A DNA stretch of 64,000 nucleotides from Anaeroplasma sp. (GTDB lineage Bacteria; Bacillota_I; Bacilli_A; Acholeplasmatales; Anaeroplasmataceae). Both the position numbers and the translations under genes were made by a program. The DNA is taken from NCBI GenBank assembly GCA_022768655.1, contig JALEQD010000046.1, positions 10,437 through 74,436 on the forward strand, in the 5' to 3' direction. The notes beneath the pieces are model-generated. The model saw nothing but the letters and a program-made list of their open reading frames with translations. It had not been told where the DNA came from and searched no databases. Position 1 is the stretch's first letter. Every line of letters begins with the position of its first letter. Below, piece by piece: positions 7,632-15,801 of this stretch.

Positions 7632-9809
7632 TTAATTTTTCATCAATGATAAGCCAAGCTTATGCTTATCATAATCAATATCAATTACATAAACATGCAC
7701 ACTATCACCAACACTTAATATATCTGATGGATGATTAATTTTGTTATTTGACATTTTTGATATGTGTATTAAACCATCATATTTAACACCACAATCAACA
7801 AACGCTCCGAAATCAACAACGTTACGAACAGTACCATCCAATTCATCACCTATTTTAATGTCTTCAAAGTGCATTATATCGTCTCTAAGCTTTAGACCCT
7901 GATAATCATCCCTAATATCTCTTAAAGGCTCTATAAACGCCTCTAAAATGTCATTTAAGGTATACATATCAATGTCGAGCTTAGCTTTAGCCTCGCTTCT
8001 ATCTAAAGCTATTACAGCATCCTTCATTTCATCAGTACCCAAATCAGATATATTCATATTCATTAAGTCTAAAAGCTTTAAAGCCTTATCATAGCTTTCA
8101 GGATGAATTGGAGTCATATCAAAAGGATTCTTTCCATCAATAATTCTTAAAAAGCCTACACATTGTTCATATGTTTTTGGTCCTAGCTTACTAACATTTT
8201 TAAGCTCTTCTCTTGAATTAAATCTACCATTTTCCTCACGATAAGAAATAATGTTTTTTGAAACTGCCTTTGTAAGACCAGAAACATAAGAAAGTAAGGA
8301 AATAGATGCTGTATTTAAATTAACACCAACCTTATTTACTGCATCAACAACAACATCATCTAATGACTTATTTAGTTTATTTTGTGCAACATCATGCTGG
8401 TATTGTCCTACACCTATTGATTTTGGATCAATTTTAACAAGCTCAGCTAAAGGATCTTGAATTCTTCTTGCAATTGAAATTGCAGATCTTTGCTCAACTG
8501 ATAAATCAGGGAATTCCTCTATTGCAAGCTTTGATGCTGAATAAACAGATGCACCAGCTTCACTTACAATAACATATTTACAAGTAAATTTATTTTCTTT
8601 AATTACTTCAGCTATAAAGCTTTCAGTTTCTCTACTTGCTGTACCATTTCCAATAGCTATAATCTCAACATTGTATTTTTTAATAAAATCAATTAGTGTT
8701 TTCTTTGACTTAGCTAAGGTTGCTTCATTTACTGTAGCACCCTTTGCTTTTTCATTTGGATAAATAACACCAATTTCTAAAACTTGAGACTCTTTTGATA
8801 TAACAGCAAGCTTGCAGCCAGTTCTAAATGCAGGATCTACACCTAAAACAACGTGTCCCTTCATAGGAGCCTGTAATAATAAATTTTTTAAATTTAAAGA
8901 GAAAATATGAATTGCTTGTTCTTGTGCTTTTTCTGTTAATATTGCTCTTATTTCTCTTGAAATAGAAGGAGCTATCAAACGTTTATAAGAATCTATAATA
9001 GCATCAGACAATTCTTCTTTAAATATTGAATCTCTATTCTTAATCACTTTATATTTTAAGTATTCAACATCTCTTTCAGGTTGTAAATTGACACTAACAG
9101 AAATAACATCCTCATCCTCTGCTCTATCAATCGCAAGAATTCTATGAGGCTTTATTCTTGAAACAAATTCAGTTGAATCATAATAATTCTTATACTTTTC
9201 TTCTATATCTTTATCATTTTTCTTTTTTGTTGTTGAAATTGTACCATATTTTAAAGCAGCATCACGGATATGCTTACGATATAAAGCGACATCGCTTATT
9301 TTTTCAGCCACGATATATTTAGCTTGAGTAATTGCTTCTTCTACAGATTTAACCTTATCAGTTATATATTTTGATGCAATTTCAATTTTATCGCCCTTTT
9401 GCCATAATTTAAGCATAATATCAGCCAAAGGCTCTAATCCTAACGCTATAGCTTCAGTAGCCTTTGTTTTCTTCTTTTCCTTATATGGTCTATATAAATC
9501 TTCAATATCAATTAATTTAGTTTGCGCAAGAATTTCATTCTTTAAATCTTCAGTTAATAATCCTTTTTCTTCAATTAAACGAATTACATCTTCCTTTTTC
9601 TTATTTAAGCTAACACCATAATTATATTCATCCTCGATTAAACGAATTTGTTCTTCATCTAATCCACCTGTCATTTCTTTTCTATATCTTGCAATAAACG
9701 CAACTGTTTTCTCTTCTTTAAGCATTTCTAAAACTGACTTAGCTTGTTCTTCTTTAATATTTAATTTATTGCAAATGTCAAGAATTACGTTATCATTAAG
9801 TATTTCCAT
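7632..9809 (-). CDS. tex: Tex-like transcription accessory protein (S1 RNA-binding domain)
   Basis: 725 aa. N-terminal FIARYRKEMTGGLDEEQIR, a YqgF-like central region, and a C-terminal S1 domain (GDELDGTVRNVVDFGAFVD). Confidence 0.9.
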   Translation of the reverse strand: MEILNDNVILDICNKLNIKEEQAKSVLEMLKEEKTVAFIARYRKEMTGGLDEEQIRLIEDEYNYGVSLNKKKEDVIRLIEEKGLLTEDLKNEILAQTKLIDIEDLYRPYKEKKKTKATEAIALGLEPLADIMLKLWQKGDKIEIASKYITDKVKSVEEAITQAKYIVAEKISDVALYRKHIRDAALKYGTISTTKKKNDKDIEEKYKNYYDSTEFVSRIKPHRILAIDRAEDEDVISVSVNLQPERDVEYLKYKVIKNRDSIFKEELSDAIIDSYKRLIAPSISREIRAILTEKAQEQAIHIFSLNLKNLLLQAPMKGHVVLGVDPAFRTGCKLAVISKESQVLEIGVIYPNEKAKGATVNEATLAKSKKTLIDFIKKYNVEIIAIGNGTASRETESFIAEVIKENKFTCKYVIVSEAGASVYSASKLAIEEFPDLSVEQRSAISIARRIQDPLAELVKIDPKSIGVGQYQHDVAQNKLNKSLDDVVVDAVNKVGVNLNTASISLLSYVSGLTKAVSKNIISYREENGRFNSREELKNVSKLGPKTYEQCVGFLRIIDGKNPFDMTPIHPESYDKALKLLDLMNMNISDLGTDEMKDAVIALDRSEAKAKLDIDMYTLNDILEAFIEPLRDIRDDYQGLKLRDDIMHFEDIKIGDELDGTVRNVVDFGAFVDCGVKYDGLIHISKMSNNKINHPSDILSVGDSVHVYVIDIDYDKHKLGLSLMKN

Positions 9810-9887
9810 AAAAGTTCTCCTTACTATAAATAAAGAAAAAACTCTTTATTTTTTTGATTATCAACCAAAAAAATTAGAGTTTTAGTC

Positions 9888-10598
9888 TTATTTTTCTTCG
9901 CATTCAAAGTTGTTTTTTACCAAATTTATTGATTGAGGAATAGTAGTTGTAAGCATTTCATTAACATCATTTACTAAAAATGAAGTTTTAATATCATTAA
10001 TTGTTAACTTATCATCTACTAGCTTTGAATCTCTAATATATGAGAAAAAGAAAGATAATTCATCACTTGTAAGTGATCCTAACAAGTCAGAATCAGATAA
10101 AATCTCTGAATTTGAGCCTACATTTGTATCAACAATAAACAATGCTGCTTTATCCTCTTTATCAGCTGTTTTATTATACTCATCAATTGACTTTTGTAAA
10201 TCAGCTAATCTTTTTAATAAAGTCTCATGATTACTATTATAATTATCTGTATCCTCGCTATCTGGATAAAAATATTTTGAATCATATCCAAAAATCAAAA
10301 TATGCTTAATATATAATGATTCATTAGTTTGAATATTTTTATAATCAGGATCAGAATAATTTAATATGCCGTAATAGCTTCCTTGTTCAAAAGTAACCTC
10401 TTGATATTCATTGAAATAATTATGAGAAACTTCTTCTTCCTTATCTTGATTTAAAACAATTCCTAGTACAATACCAACTGCTACACCTATAACTAATACA
10501 ACTGATATAATAATCCAAAATATCTTGTTGTGTAATATATTATTTTTCTTTTGATTTTGAACAGCCTTGTTTGATACTTTTCTAACAACACGTGCCAC
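9888..10598 (-). CDS. Membrane-anchored protein of unknown function
   Basis: 236-aa ORF with a basic N-terminus, one TM helix (IFWIIISVVLVIGVAVGIVLGIVL) and an extracytoplasmic domain. No motif recognised. Confidence 0.5.
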   Translation of the reverse strand: MARVVRKVSNKAVQNQKKNNILHNKIFWIIISVVLVIGVAVGIVLGIVLNQDKEEEVSHNYFNEYQEVTFEQGSYYGILNYSDPDYKNIQTNESLYIKHILIFGYDSKYFYPDSEDTDNYNSNHETLLKRLADLQKSIDEYNKTADKEDKAALFIVDTNVGSNSEILSDSDLLGSLTSDELSFFFSYIRDSKLVDDKLTINDIKTSFLVNDVNEMLTTTIPQSINLVKNNFECEEK

Positions 10599-10712
10599 TT
10601 TATATCATCTCCTTATTCCGCCTTAAAAATCGGCTTTACTTTGTTATTTTAACACATTTTAATACCATATACAATAAAATTTTGAATTTACGAAAATAGT
10701 TTGTGTTATATG

Positions 10713-11051
10713 TTAATTATTTTCTTTAGGAGCGTATTGCATTAACAAATTATCTGATGCATGAGTAACTGGAAGAGTGAAAAAAATACCTTGAGCATCA
10801 CTACCATTTCCTGCTTTATCATAAAGCTTATCTAGTATTATTTGAACTATATCTTCTTTTACTAAAATTAATACAATTTCCTTTTCAGGGTGTATTCCTA
10901 TACCATAAAGCTTCATTGCATCAGCAGTAACACTTCCGTTAGCAGGAATAATTGTTCCACCACGTGCTCCACAATCCTTTGCAATATCCATAACAACATC
11001 AGAATATCCATCATTAACAATCGCAACAATATTATAAAGCTTAATATCCAT
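10713..11051 (-). CDS. PII-family (GlnB-like) signal transduction protein
   Basis: 112 aa. The pattern IVAIVNDGYSDVVMDIAKDCGARGGTIIPANG ... PEKEIVLILV ... GIFFTLPV is typical of the PII-like proteins that accompany DUF1538 genes. Confidence 0.65.
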   Translation of the reverse strand: MDIKLYNIVAIVNDGYSDVVMDIAKDCGARGGTIIPANGSVTADAMKLYGIGIHPEKEIVLILVKEDIVQIILDKLYDKAGNGSDAQGIFFTLPVTHASDNLLMQYAPKENN

Positions 11052-11377
11052 TATTTTTTTCCTCCATTTGATAATGCCATATATGTACTAACACCAATAA
11101 CGCTATTAAGTGGTATTGCATAAACCATAGATGCTTGATTATAAAATCTAGCAATTTTATCCTCAATTTCAAGCATTGCATCCTTAATCATATCTTCCTT
11201 TATTATGCAAAACATAACATCCTTTGATACTGTACGCTCTACACTTCCTCTAGCTAATGTAGATAAATATGCTGTAACATCATATTTTTCAAGCATATCA
11301 GCTATTATTTCCTTTTTCCCTTTTGGTAGTGTAATAACCATTAAATATAATTTAATTAATTTATTATTCTTTTTCAT
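11051..11377 (-). CDS. Second, more divergent PII-like small protein
   Basis: 108 aa. Its stop abuts the start of the next gene. The beta-alpha-beta pattern (LYLMVITLPKGK..IIADMLEKYDV ... VMFCIIKED) fits a PII-like fold. Confidence 0.45.
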   Translation of the reverse strand: MKKNNKLIKLYLMVITLPKGKKEIIADMLEKYDVTAYLSTLARGSVERTVSKDVMFCIIKEDMIKDAMLEIEDKIARFYNQASMVYAIPLNSVIGVSTYMALSNGGKK

Positions 11378-11379
11378 AT

Positions 11380-12909
11380 TTATTCACCAAATGAAATAAT
11401 TATTTTATCATTTTCTTTAAGGACCTTCTTTATTTCAGTTTTTACCTTTCTTTTATTATTAAACACTGAAAAAACACCTAAAATTTCAATTGATAATAAT
11501 GGACTTAACGCTACAAGAGCGACAACTCCAAATCCATATGTCAAAATTTCACTTTCACCAAACAACGTTGAACACAGTCCTAAAACAATAGGTAATATGA
11601 AACTAGATGTCAAAGGCCCAGATGCTACTCCACCAGCATCAAATGCTATAGCGGTATAGATTTTTGGTATAAAAAATGATAAAACAAAGCAAATAATATC
11701 TCCTGGTATAACTATATATAAAATTGAAAATTTGTATATAACTCTAATCATCGCAAGTGATATTGCAATACCAACTCCAATTGCAAGTGCAATTAGCATA
11801 CTTCTTTTTTTGATTAATCCGTTTGTTACTTCCTCAACCTGAGTAGTTAATATTTTTATTGCTGGCTCAGCTAAAACAGTAAGCGCACCTATTACTATCG
11901 CAATAGATATTATCAAAATCGGATTACATTTGGCCAATTCTGTTCCTATTTTATAACCGATACCCATATAAGTACAATCTACTGCTGCTAAGAATAATAC
12001 TAATCCAATAAATGCTACACCCAAGCCACCAATTAATGATAACAATTTCTTTTTATCTGAATGTAAAAATAAAAAATCAATTGCTAAGAAGCATACAAGT
12101 AATAAACCAATTGATAATCCTACACTTTTAAACTTTCCTAGCATATATTCTAAAAAGCTCAAAAAGAAATTATTTGATATTGTATAATCAGCAATCTCAT
12201 AATTAAGCTCATTTTTAGAAAACAATGATAATAATAAAACAACTATCACAGGTCCAATTGATGAAAAGGCAACAAAACCAAAGGATGCATCTTTTTCGCT
12301 TTTCATAGCTAAAATTGATGCAATACCTGTACCAAGAGCCATTAAAAATGGAACAGTCATAGGACCTGTAGTTACTCCACCAGAATCAAACGCTAGTGCA
12401 ACTAATGATTCTTTATTTTGTAATAAAAGTAAAGTAACCAACGAAAAAGCACTCATATACAAAATACTAAGTATTCTAACAAGATTAATTTTTTTTAATA
12501 TTTTCAAAATTGCTAGCAATAAAAACATTCCAACCGCAATACTTATTAATACTATTAACAATATCGATGGAAAAATCGAACTAGTTTGAATTGCTAAAAC
12601 AGATAAATCAGGCTCTGCAACTGTGATAAAAAAGCCAAATAAAAAAACAACCAAAAATAAAATCCATATTTTTCCTTGTTTAGTTAAGCCTTTACCGACT
12701 ATTTTACCAATAGGCGTCATTGCATGATCAGCACCATAATTAAATAATGATATTCCAAATATTATTAAGATAGTAGCTAATGAAAATGATAATATCTCAT
12801 ATCCTGTTAATGAAACAACCCCAAATAGCATTAAAATCAAAATCAAAAAATAAATTGGAAGAACAGAAAATGAAGATTTTTTTATTTCTATTAATAATTC
12901 TTTACCCAT
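11380..12909 (-). CDS. DUF1538-family polytopic membrane protein (internally duplicated)
   Basis: 509 aa with many TM helices. The motif FDSGGVTTGPMTVPF in the first half recurs as FDAGGVASGPLTSSF in the second half. Confidence 0.65.
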   Translation of the reverse strand: MGKELLIEIKKSSFSVLPIYFLILILMLFGVVSLTGYEILSFSLATILIIFGISLFNYGADHAMTPIGKIVGKGLTKQGKIWILFLVVFLFGFFITVAEPDLSVLAIQTSSIFPSILLIVLISIAVGMFLLLAILKILKKINLVRILSILYMSAFSLVTLLLLQNKESLVALAFDSGGVTTGPMTVPFLMALGTGIASILAMKSEKDASFGFVAFSSIGPVIVVLLLSLFSKNELNYEIADYTISNNFFLSFLEYMLGKFKSVGLSIGLLLVCFLAIDFLFLHSDKKKLLSLIGGLGVAFIGLVLFLAAVDCTYMGIGYKIGTELAKCNPILIISIAIVIGALTVLAEPAIKILTTQVEEVTNGLIKKRSMLIALAIGVGIAISLAMIRVIYKFSILYIVIPGDIICFVLSFFIPKIYTAIAFDAGGVASGPLTSSFILPIVLGLCSTLFGESEILTYGFGVVALVALSPLLSIEILGVFSVFNNKRKVKTEIKKVLKENDKIIISFGE

Positions 12910-13185
12910 TTCATTGTCCTCCTTTAAACAAAATATATCATTAATAATTATATAATAATATTATATTTTTTTGAACTAATATTTGGATTATTTTCTTATA
13001 ATATTATTACATTTAAAAAAACTATAAATACTTATTGTTAATGTATTTAATCTATTTGTTTTTCAAATCTCCTAAACCACTATTTTTCAAATTCATAGAA
13101 ACATATTTCTTCATTTATTTTTTTTATTTCCAAGGGTAATTATATTAAAAACTAGGTATATTACTCTGATTTTAGCAATATAAAA

Positions 13186-13225
13186 GTTAAAAAAGACCAT
13201 CTAGAATATAACTTCAAAGATGGTT
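13186..13225 (-). terminator. Terminator of the GNAT gene
   Basis: On the minus strand, ACCATCT ... AGATGGT hairpin followed by T6. Confidence 0.65.
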
Positions 13226-13267
13226 CAGTTATAAGCATTGAACTCTAGTTAGAGTGGCTAAAGTTTT

Positions 13268-13777
13268 TTATTCAATTACTTTTTCGAATTCAAACATTCC
13301 TTCTCCTGCATCACCAATAAATTCATTTGGCATATTTGGATCAGGATTATATTTATTCCAAAAAGAAATGATATGAAATTTCAATTTGTTAACATAAAAA
13401 TGAATGTTTCTAACATCAAAATATGGAGTGCAAGTTATCCATTTTTTTGTTTTTGGATATAGCCTTTCTATTTCTTCCCAAATTACTTGCCCTATTCCTT
13501 TAGATTGAGTACAAACTTTAACAAATAAAAAATCCAAATGATTTATTTGTGTTTCAGGATTTACATTTACTATAGCACCACCAAGTATAGATCCATATTC
13601 GTCTAACATTTCATAAGCATGCCCATTAGAATCATTTAAAGAATTATCAATATCTTTTTCAGGTAGAACTTGATCTTCTTTTTGTTTAGTATATGATTCA
13701 AATCCATATTGGAAAGCTTCTTGCATAAGCTTTTTAAATTCATGTACATCTTCTTCTCTTAATTTAGTTAATTTCAT
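13268..13777 (-). CDS. GNAT-family N-acetyltransferase
   Basis: 169 aa. Acetyl-CoA-binding-type segment LDFLFVKVCTQSKGIGQVIWEEIE. Confidence 0.7.
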   Translation of the reverse strand: MKLTKLREEDVHEFKKLMQEAFQYGFESYTKQKEDQVLPEKDIDNSLNDSNGHAYEMLDEYGSILGGAIVNVNPETQINHLDFLFVKVCTQSKGIGQVIWEEIERLYPKTKKWITCTPYFDVRNIHFYVNKLKFHIISFWNKYNPDPNMPNEFIGDAGEGMFEFEKVIE

Positions 13778-13781
13778 GTTT

Positions 13782-13895
13782 TTGCCTTAAATAAAAAAGC
13801 CCGAAATAATGGTATTAACCAATATTCCGAGCTCACTCGACACCTAATCAACTATCATGCTACGGCACTAGTTCTCCGGTGACCATTTTATTAAT
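13782..13895 (-). promoter_or_regulatory. GC-enriched structured leader ending in an intrinsic terminator directly in front of the GNAT start codon (candidate attenuator or riboswitch-like element)
   Basis: On the minus strand a 15-bp hairpin (13799-13813 pairing with 13818-13832) plus U6 ends about 15 nt before the GNAT ATG, leaving no room for a promoter. The preceding ~60 nt are conspicuously GC-rich for this genome and contain an alternative CGAG-UGAG-CUCG hairpin that competes with the terminator stem. Confidence 0.35.
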
Positions 13896-13898
13896 TTA

Positions 13899-14252
13899 CT
13901 AGTTATGGTGATGTTCTCTGCCATGTGAACATGAATGCATGGCATTAGGATTACCAACTAATGTCCCATCTTTAAATGCTTTAATAACGTCTTGAACATC
14001 ACCAAATGCTCCTGGAATCAGTTTTATTCCTATAGATTCTATTGCTTCCACACCATGAGAACCAATACCTCCACATATTAATGTGGAAACACCTAAAGAT
14101 TTTAAATATGGTGCTAAATCATGATGTGAATATCCACCATTATCTATAATTTTTTCTTCTCCTGTTTCTTCATTAACTAAATAAAAGTATTCAGTTCTTC
14201 CAAAATGTTGGAATACAGAATTTTTTTCTTTATCATAAGTAATTGCAATCAT
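13899..14252 (-). CDS. NifB/NifX-family (dinitrogenase FeMo-cofactor-binding domain) small protein with a His-rich tail
   Basis: 117 aa. Contains VFQHFGRTEYFYLV ... LICGGIGSHGVEAIESIGIKLI and the C-terminus HSCSHGREHHHN. Confidence 0.65.
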   Translation of the reverse strand: MIAITYDKEKNSVFQHFGRTEYFYLVNEETGEEKIIDNGGYSHHDLAPYLKSLGVSTLICGGIGSHGVEAIESIGIKLIPGAFGDVQDVIKAFKDGTLVGNPNAMHSCSHGREHHHN

Positions 14253-14556
14253 ATTGTCTTCCTTTCATATTAAAACACAAACAAATTATATCATATAAAT
14301 AACTATTTTACTATAATAATTAAAGTAATCTTTAACGTTTGCCACGTGTTATGAGAGTGTAGTTATAAAATTAATATTTTTTCTCTTATGGATTTATATA
14401 TTAAGTAGTAGATAAACGATTTAAAAATGCATATACAATGTAAATGTCAATTAAAAAATGGCTCATTTGAGGCTTACAATTTTTTCATAATGTAATGCTT
14501 GATTTTGTGCTCACAAATTCAACGTAGATAATGATAAATTTAATCTATTTACTTGC

Positions 14557-14961
14557 TTACTGATACCAGGAATAATTAAACACTTCAACGTAATATTCAT
14601 TTATTGATATTATTTTCTTATCATCATCCGAAATTGAAGAATAATTGACAACTATAGTGCAATCATCATTAATATAATAGTTTTTATCGATGGTTGTTTC
14701 ATTTCCGTTTATATAATATATTAAAAAACCTTCGCCTAACATAGATGAATTTGCATTATTATATATCTTAAAATCAAATAAGAGTGGATTATTAATTTTA
14801 TCAATACTAACGATGAATTCCTCATTTTCCTTGTTTTGTTTGATAGATATGTTGCATGAATCGTATTTCGCGATTTCTCCAAAATGATATATTCTTTGAG
14901 GAGATTTATTACAACTTACTAAAGTAATAAGAATAAGTAATAATAGTAATATTTTCTTCAT
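14557..14961 (-). CDS. Small lipoprotein of unknown function
   Basis: 134 aa. Signal peptide with lipobox (LITLVSC). GGAGG lies 8 nt upstream of the ATG. Confidence 0.65.
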   Translation of the reverse strand: MKKILLLLLILITLVSCNKSPQRIYHFGEIAKYDSCNISIKQNKENEEFIVSIDKINNPLLFDFKIYNNANSSMLGEGFLIYYINGNETTIDKNYYINDDCTIVVNYSSISDDDKKIISINEYYVEVFNYSWYQ

Positions 14962-14973
14962 AAAAAATTCCTC

Positions 14974-15222
14974 CTATAGTTCTAATGAAATTATTCCCCC
15001 CCCCAAAACCAACATATGCAGACATATCATAATATCTAGGTTCTGCGACATGGCCATGGCACAAATATCATTCATCGCCTCTTTAACTTCACTAGTTGAT
15101 TTTTTAAATTCTAATTGTTCATTTTCTCTTCCAAAGTTCATAAAATATCTTCTTACTTTTGATAACATTATTATAGTATATTTCAAAGTATTTATCACTA
15201 TATTTATCACTTTATTTGTCAC
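14974..15222 (-). pseudogene. Truncated remnant of an AlbA_2/Schlafen-type (divergent AAA) regulator N-terminus
   Basis: ENEQLEFKKSTSEVKEAMNDICAMA resembles the E-x-LEFK ... ICAFAN start of AlbA_2-domain proteins. The ORF then degenerates, runs through a G9 tract and stops after 82 codons. Confidence 0.35.
14996..15004 (-). repeat. G9 homopolymer (C9 on the plus strand), 35-43 nt upstream of the lipoprotein start codon
   Basis: Read directly from the sequence. It is the only G/C homopolymer of 7 nt or more that I noticed in this very AT-rich window. Confidence 0.9.
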
Positions 15223-15236
15223 TTTATTTGCTAGTT
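15189..15236. repeat. Tandem 12-bp direct repeat, 4 copies
   Basis: TATTTATCACTA / TATTTATCACTT / TATTTGTCACTT / TATTTGCTAGTT, contiguous. Confidence 0.85.
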
Positions 15237-15278
15237 AAAAAACGGATAGTAGATAACGTTCTAGCTATGTTAGTCAAT

Positions 15279-15331
15279 ATCGTGTAATCGTGGAAAAATC
15301 GTGTAATTGTGGCTATATCGTGTAATCGTGA
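15279..15331. repeat. Three 15-bp direct repeats at 19-bp periodicity (iteron- or arm-site-like)
   Basis: ATCGTGTAATCGTGG (15279), ATCGTGTAATTGTGG (15298), ATCGTGTAATCGTGA (15317). Each unit contains an internal ATCGTG hexamer duplication. Confidence 0.85.
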
Positions 15332-15471
15332 TATTTCAGACAGAATCGCTCTATATAAATCAGCATTAATTCTACCTTATTTCCTTCAAAAACAGCTCTT
15401 AAAATGACAAAAATTGGGCTCAAACCAGATAAAACCACTAGTTTTACCGTAGTTCAAATCCCCTAAAGCAT

Positions 15472-15504
15472 AAAAAAAGACCTTGATAGCATTTTATCAA
15501 AGTC
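15472..15504 (-). terminator. Terminator downstream of tRNA-Ser
   Basis: On the minus strand, GACTTTGATA ... TATCAAGGTC hairpin (one G:U pair) followed by T7. Confidence 0.7.
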
Positions 15505-15516
15505 GTTCTTTCAATA

Positions 15517-15607
15517 TGGCGGAGCAGAAGGGATTCGAACCCTTGCACCAGTTACCCGGTCTACTTCCTTAGCAGGGAAGCCTCTTGAGCCTCTTGAGTA
15601 CTACTCC
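15517..15607 (-). tRNA. tRNA-Ser (anticodon GCU), type II with long variable arm, CCA encoded
   Basis: Folded by hand. Acceptor stem GGAGUAG/CUGCUCC (one U:G pair). 3-bp D stem CUC/GAG. Anticodon stem CUUCC/GGAAG with loop CUGCUAA. Variable arm ACCGG-GUAA-CUGGU. T arm AAGGG-UUCGAAU-CCCUU. Discriminator G followed by CCA. Confidence 0.9.
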
Positions 15608-15614
15608 ATAAAAA

Positions 15615-15643
15615 ATATTAAAATAATTAAACATTACCTTCAA
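15615..15643 (-). promoter_or_regulatory. Candidate promoter of tRNA-Ser
   Basis: On the minus strand: TTGAAG, a 17-nt spacer, TAATAT, then 7 nt to the tRNA 5' G. Confidence 0.5.
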
Positions 15644-15763
15644 CGTTCCTTATCATTCTATCATAGTGAAGAAAAAAAAGCAACTAATTTTTATAATGTT
15701 AAATATTTTTTTATACTTTAATTGGTTATTACATTCAAAGAAAATTTTCATACTTAAATATAG

Positions 15764-15790
15764 ACAAAAAGCCCAATTGCTTGAGCTTTT
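15764..15790 (-). terminator. Terminator of recA
   Basis: On the minus strand, GCUCAA-GCAA-UUGGGC hairpin (GNRA loop) followed by TTTTTGT. Confidence 0.65.
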
Positions 15791-15801
15791 TATGTCAATT
15801 A

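Noticed and set aside
13782-13895. Assignment of the GC-rich leader to a known RNA family (yybP-ykoY Mn, preQ1, guanidine, SRP RNA or a tRNA fragment)
   Set aside because: Only vague resemblances are present (GGAGAACUAG vs GGAGAGUAG; GUUGAUUAGG vs UUGACAUA). The length and helices do not fit any class I can recall, so I left it as an unclassified candidate.
14557-15222. A single larger gene formed by the truncated ORF and the lipoprotein ORF, which are in the same frame and separated by one TAG
   Set aside because: The lipoprotein has its own SD and an N-terminal signal peptide with a lipobox, and the upstream ORF has unrelated AlbA_2-like sequence. Read-through fusion is unlikely, although the G9 tract makes the junction worth resequencing.
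15279-15331. DnaA boxes or oriC, because TGTGG-containing repeats occur
   Set aside because: The best matches to TGTGGATAA are only about 6/9 (TTGTGGCTA, TCGTGGAAA). There is no dnaA or dnaN nearby, and the gene orientation does not diverge here.
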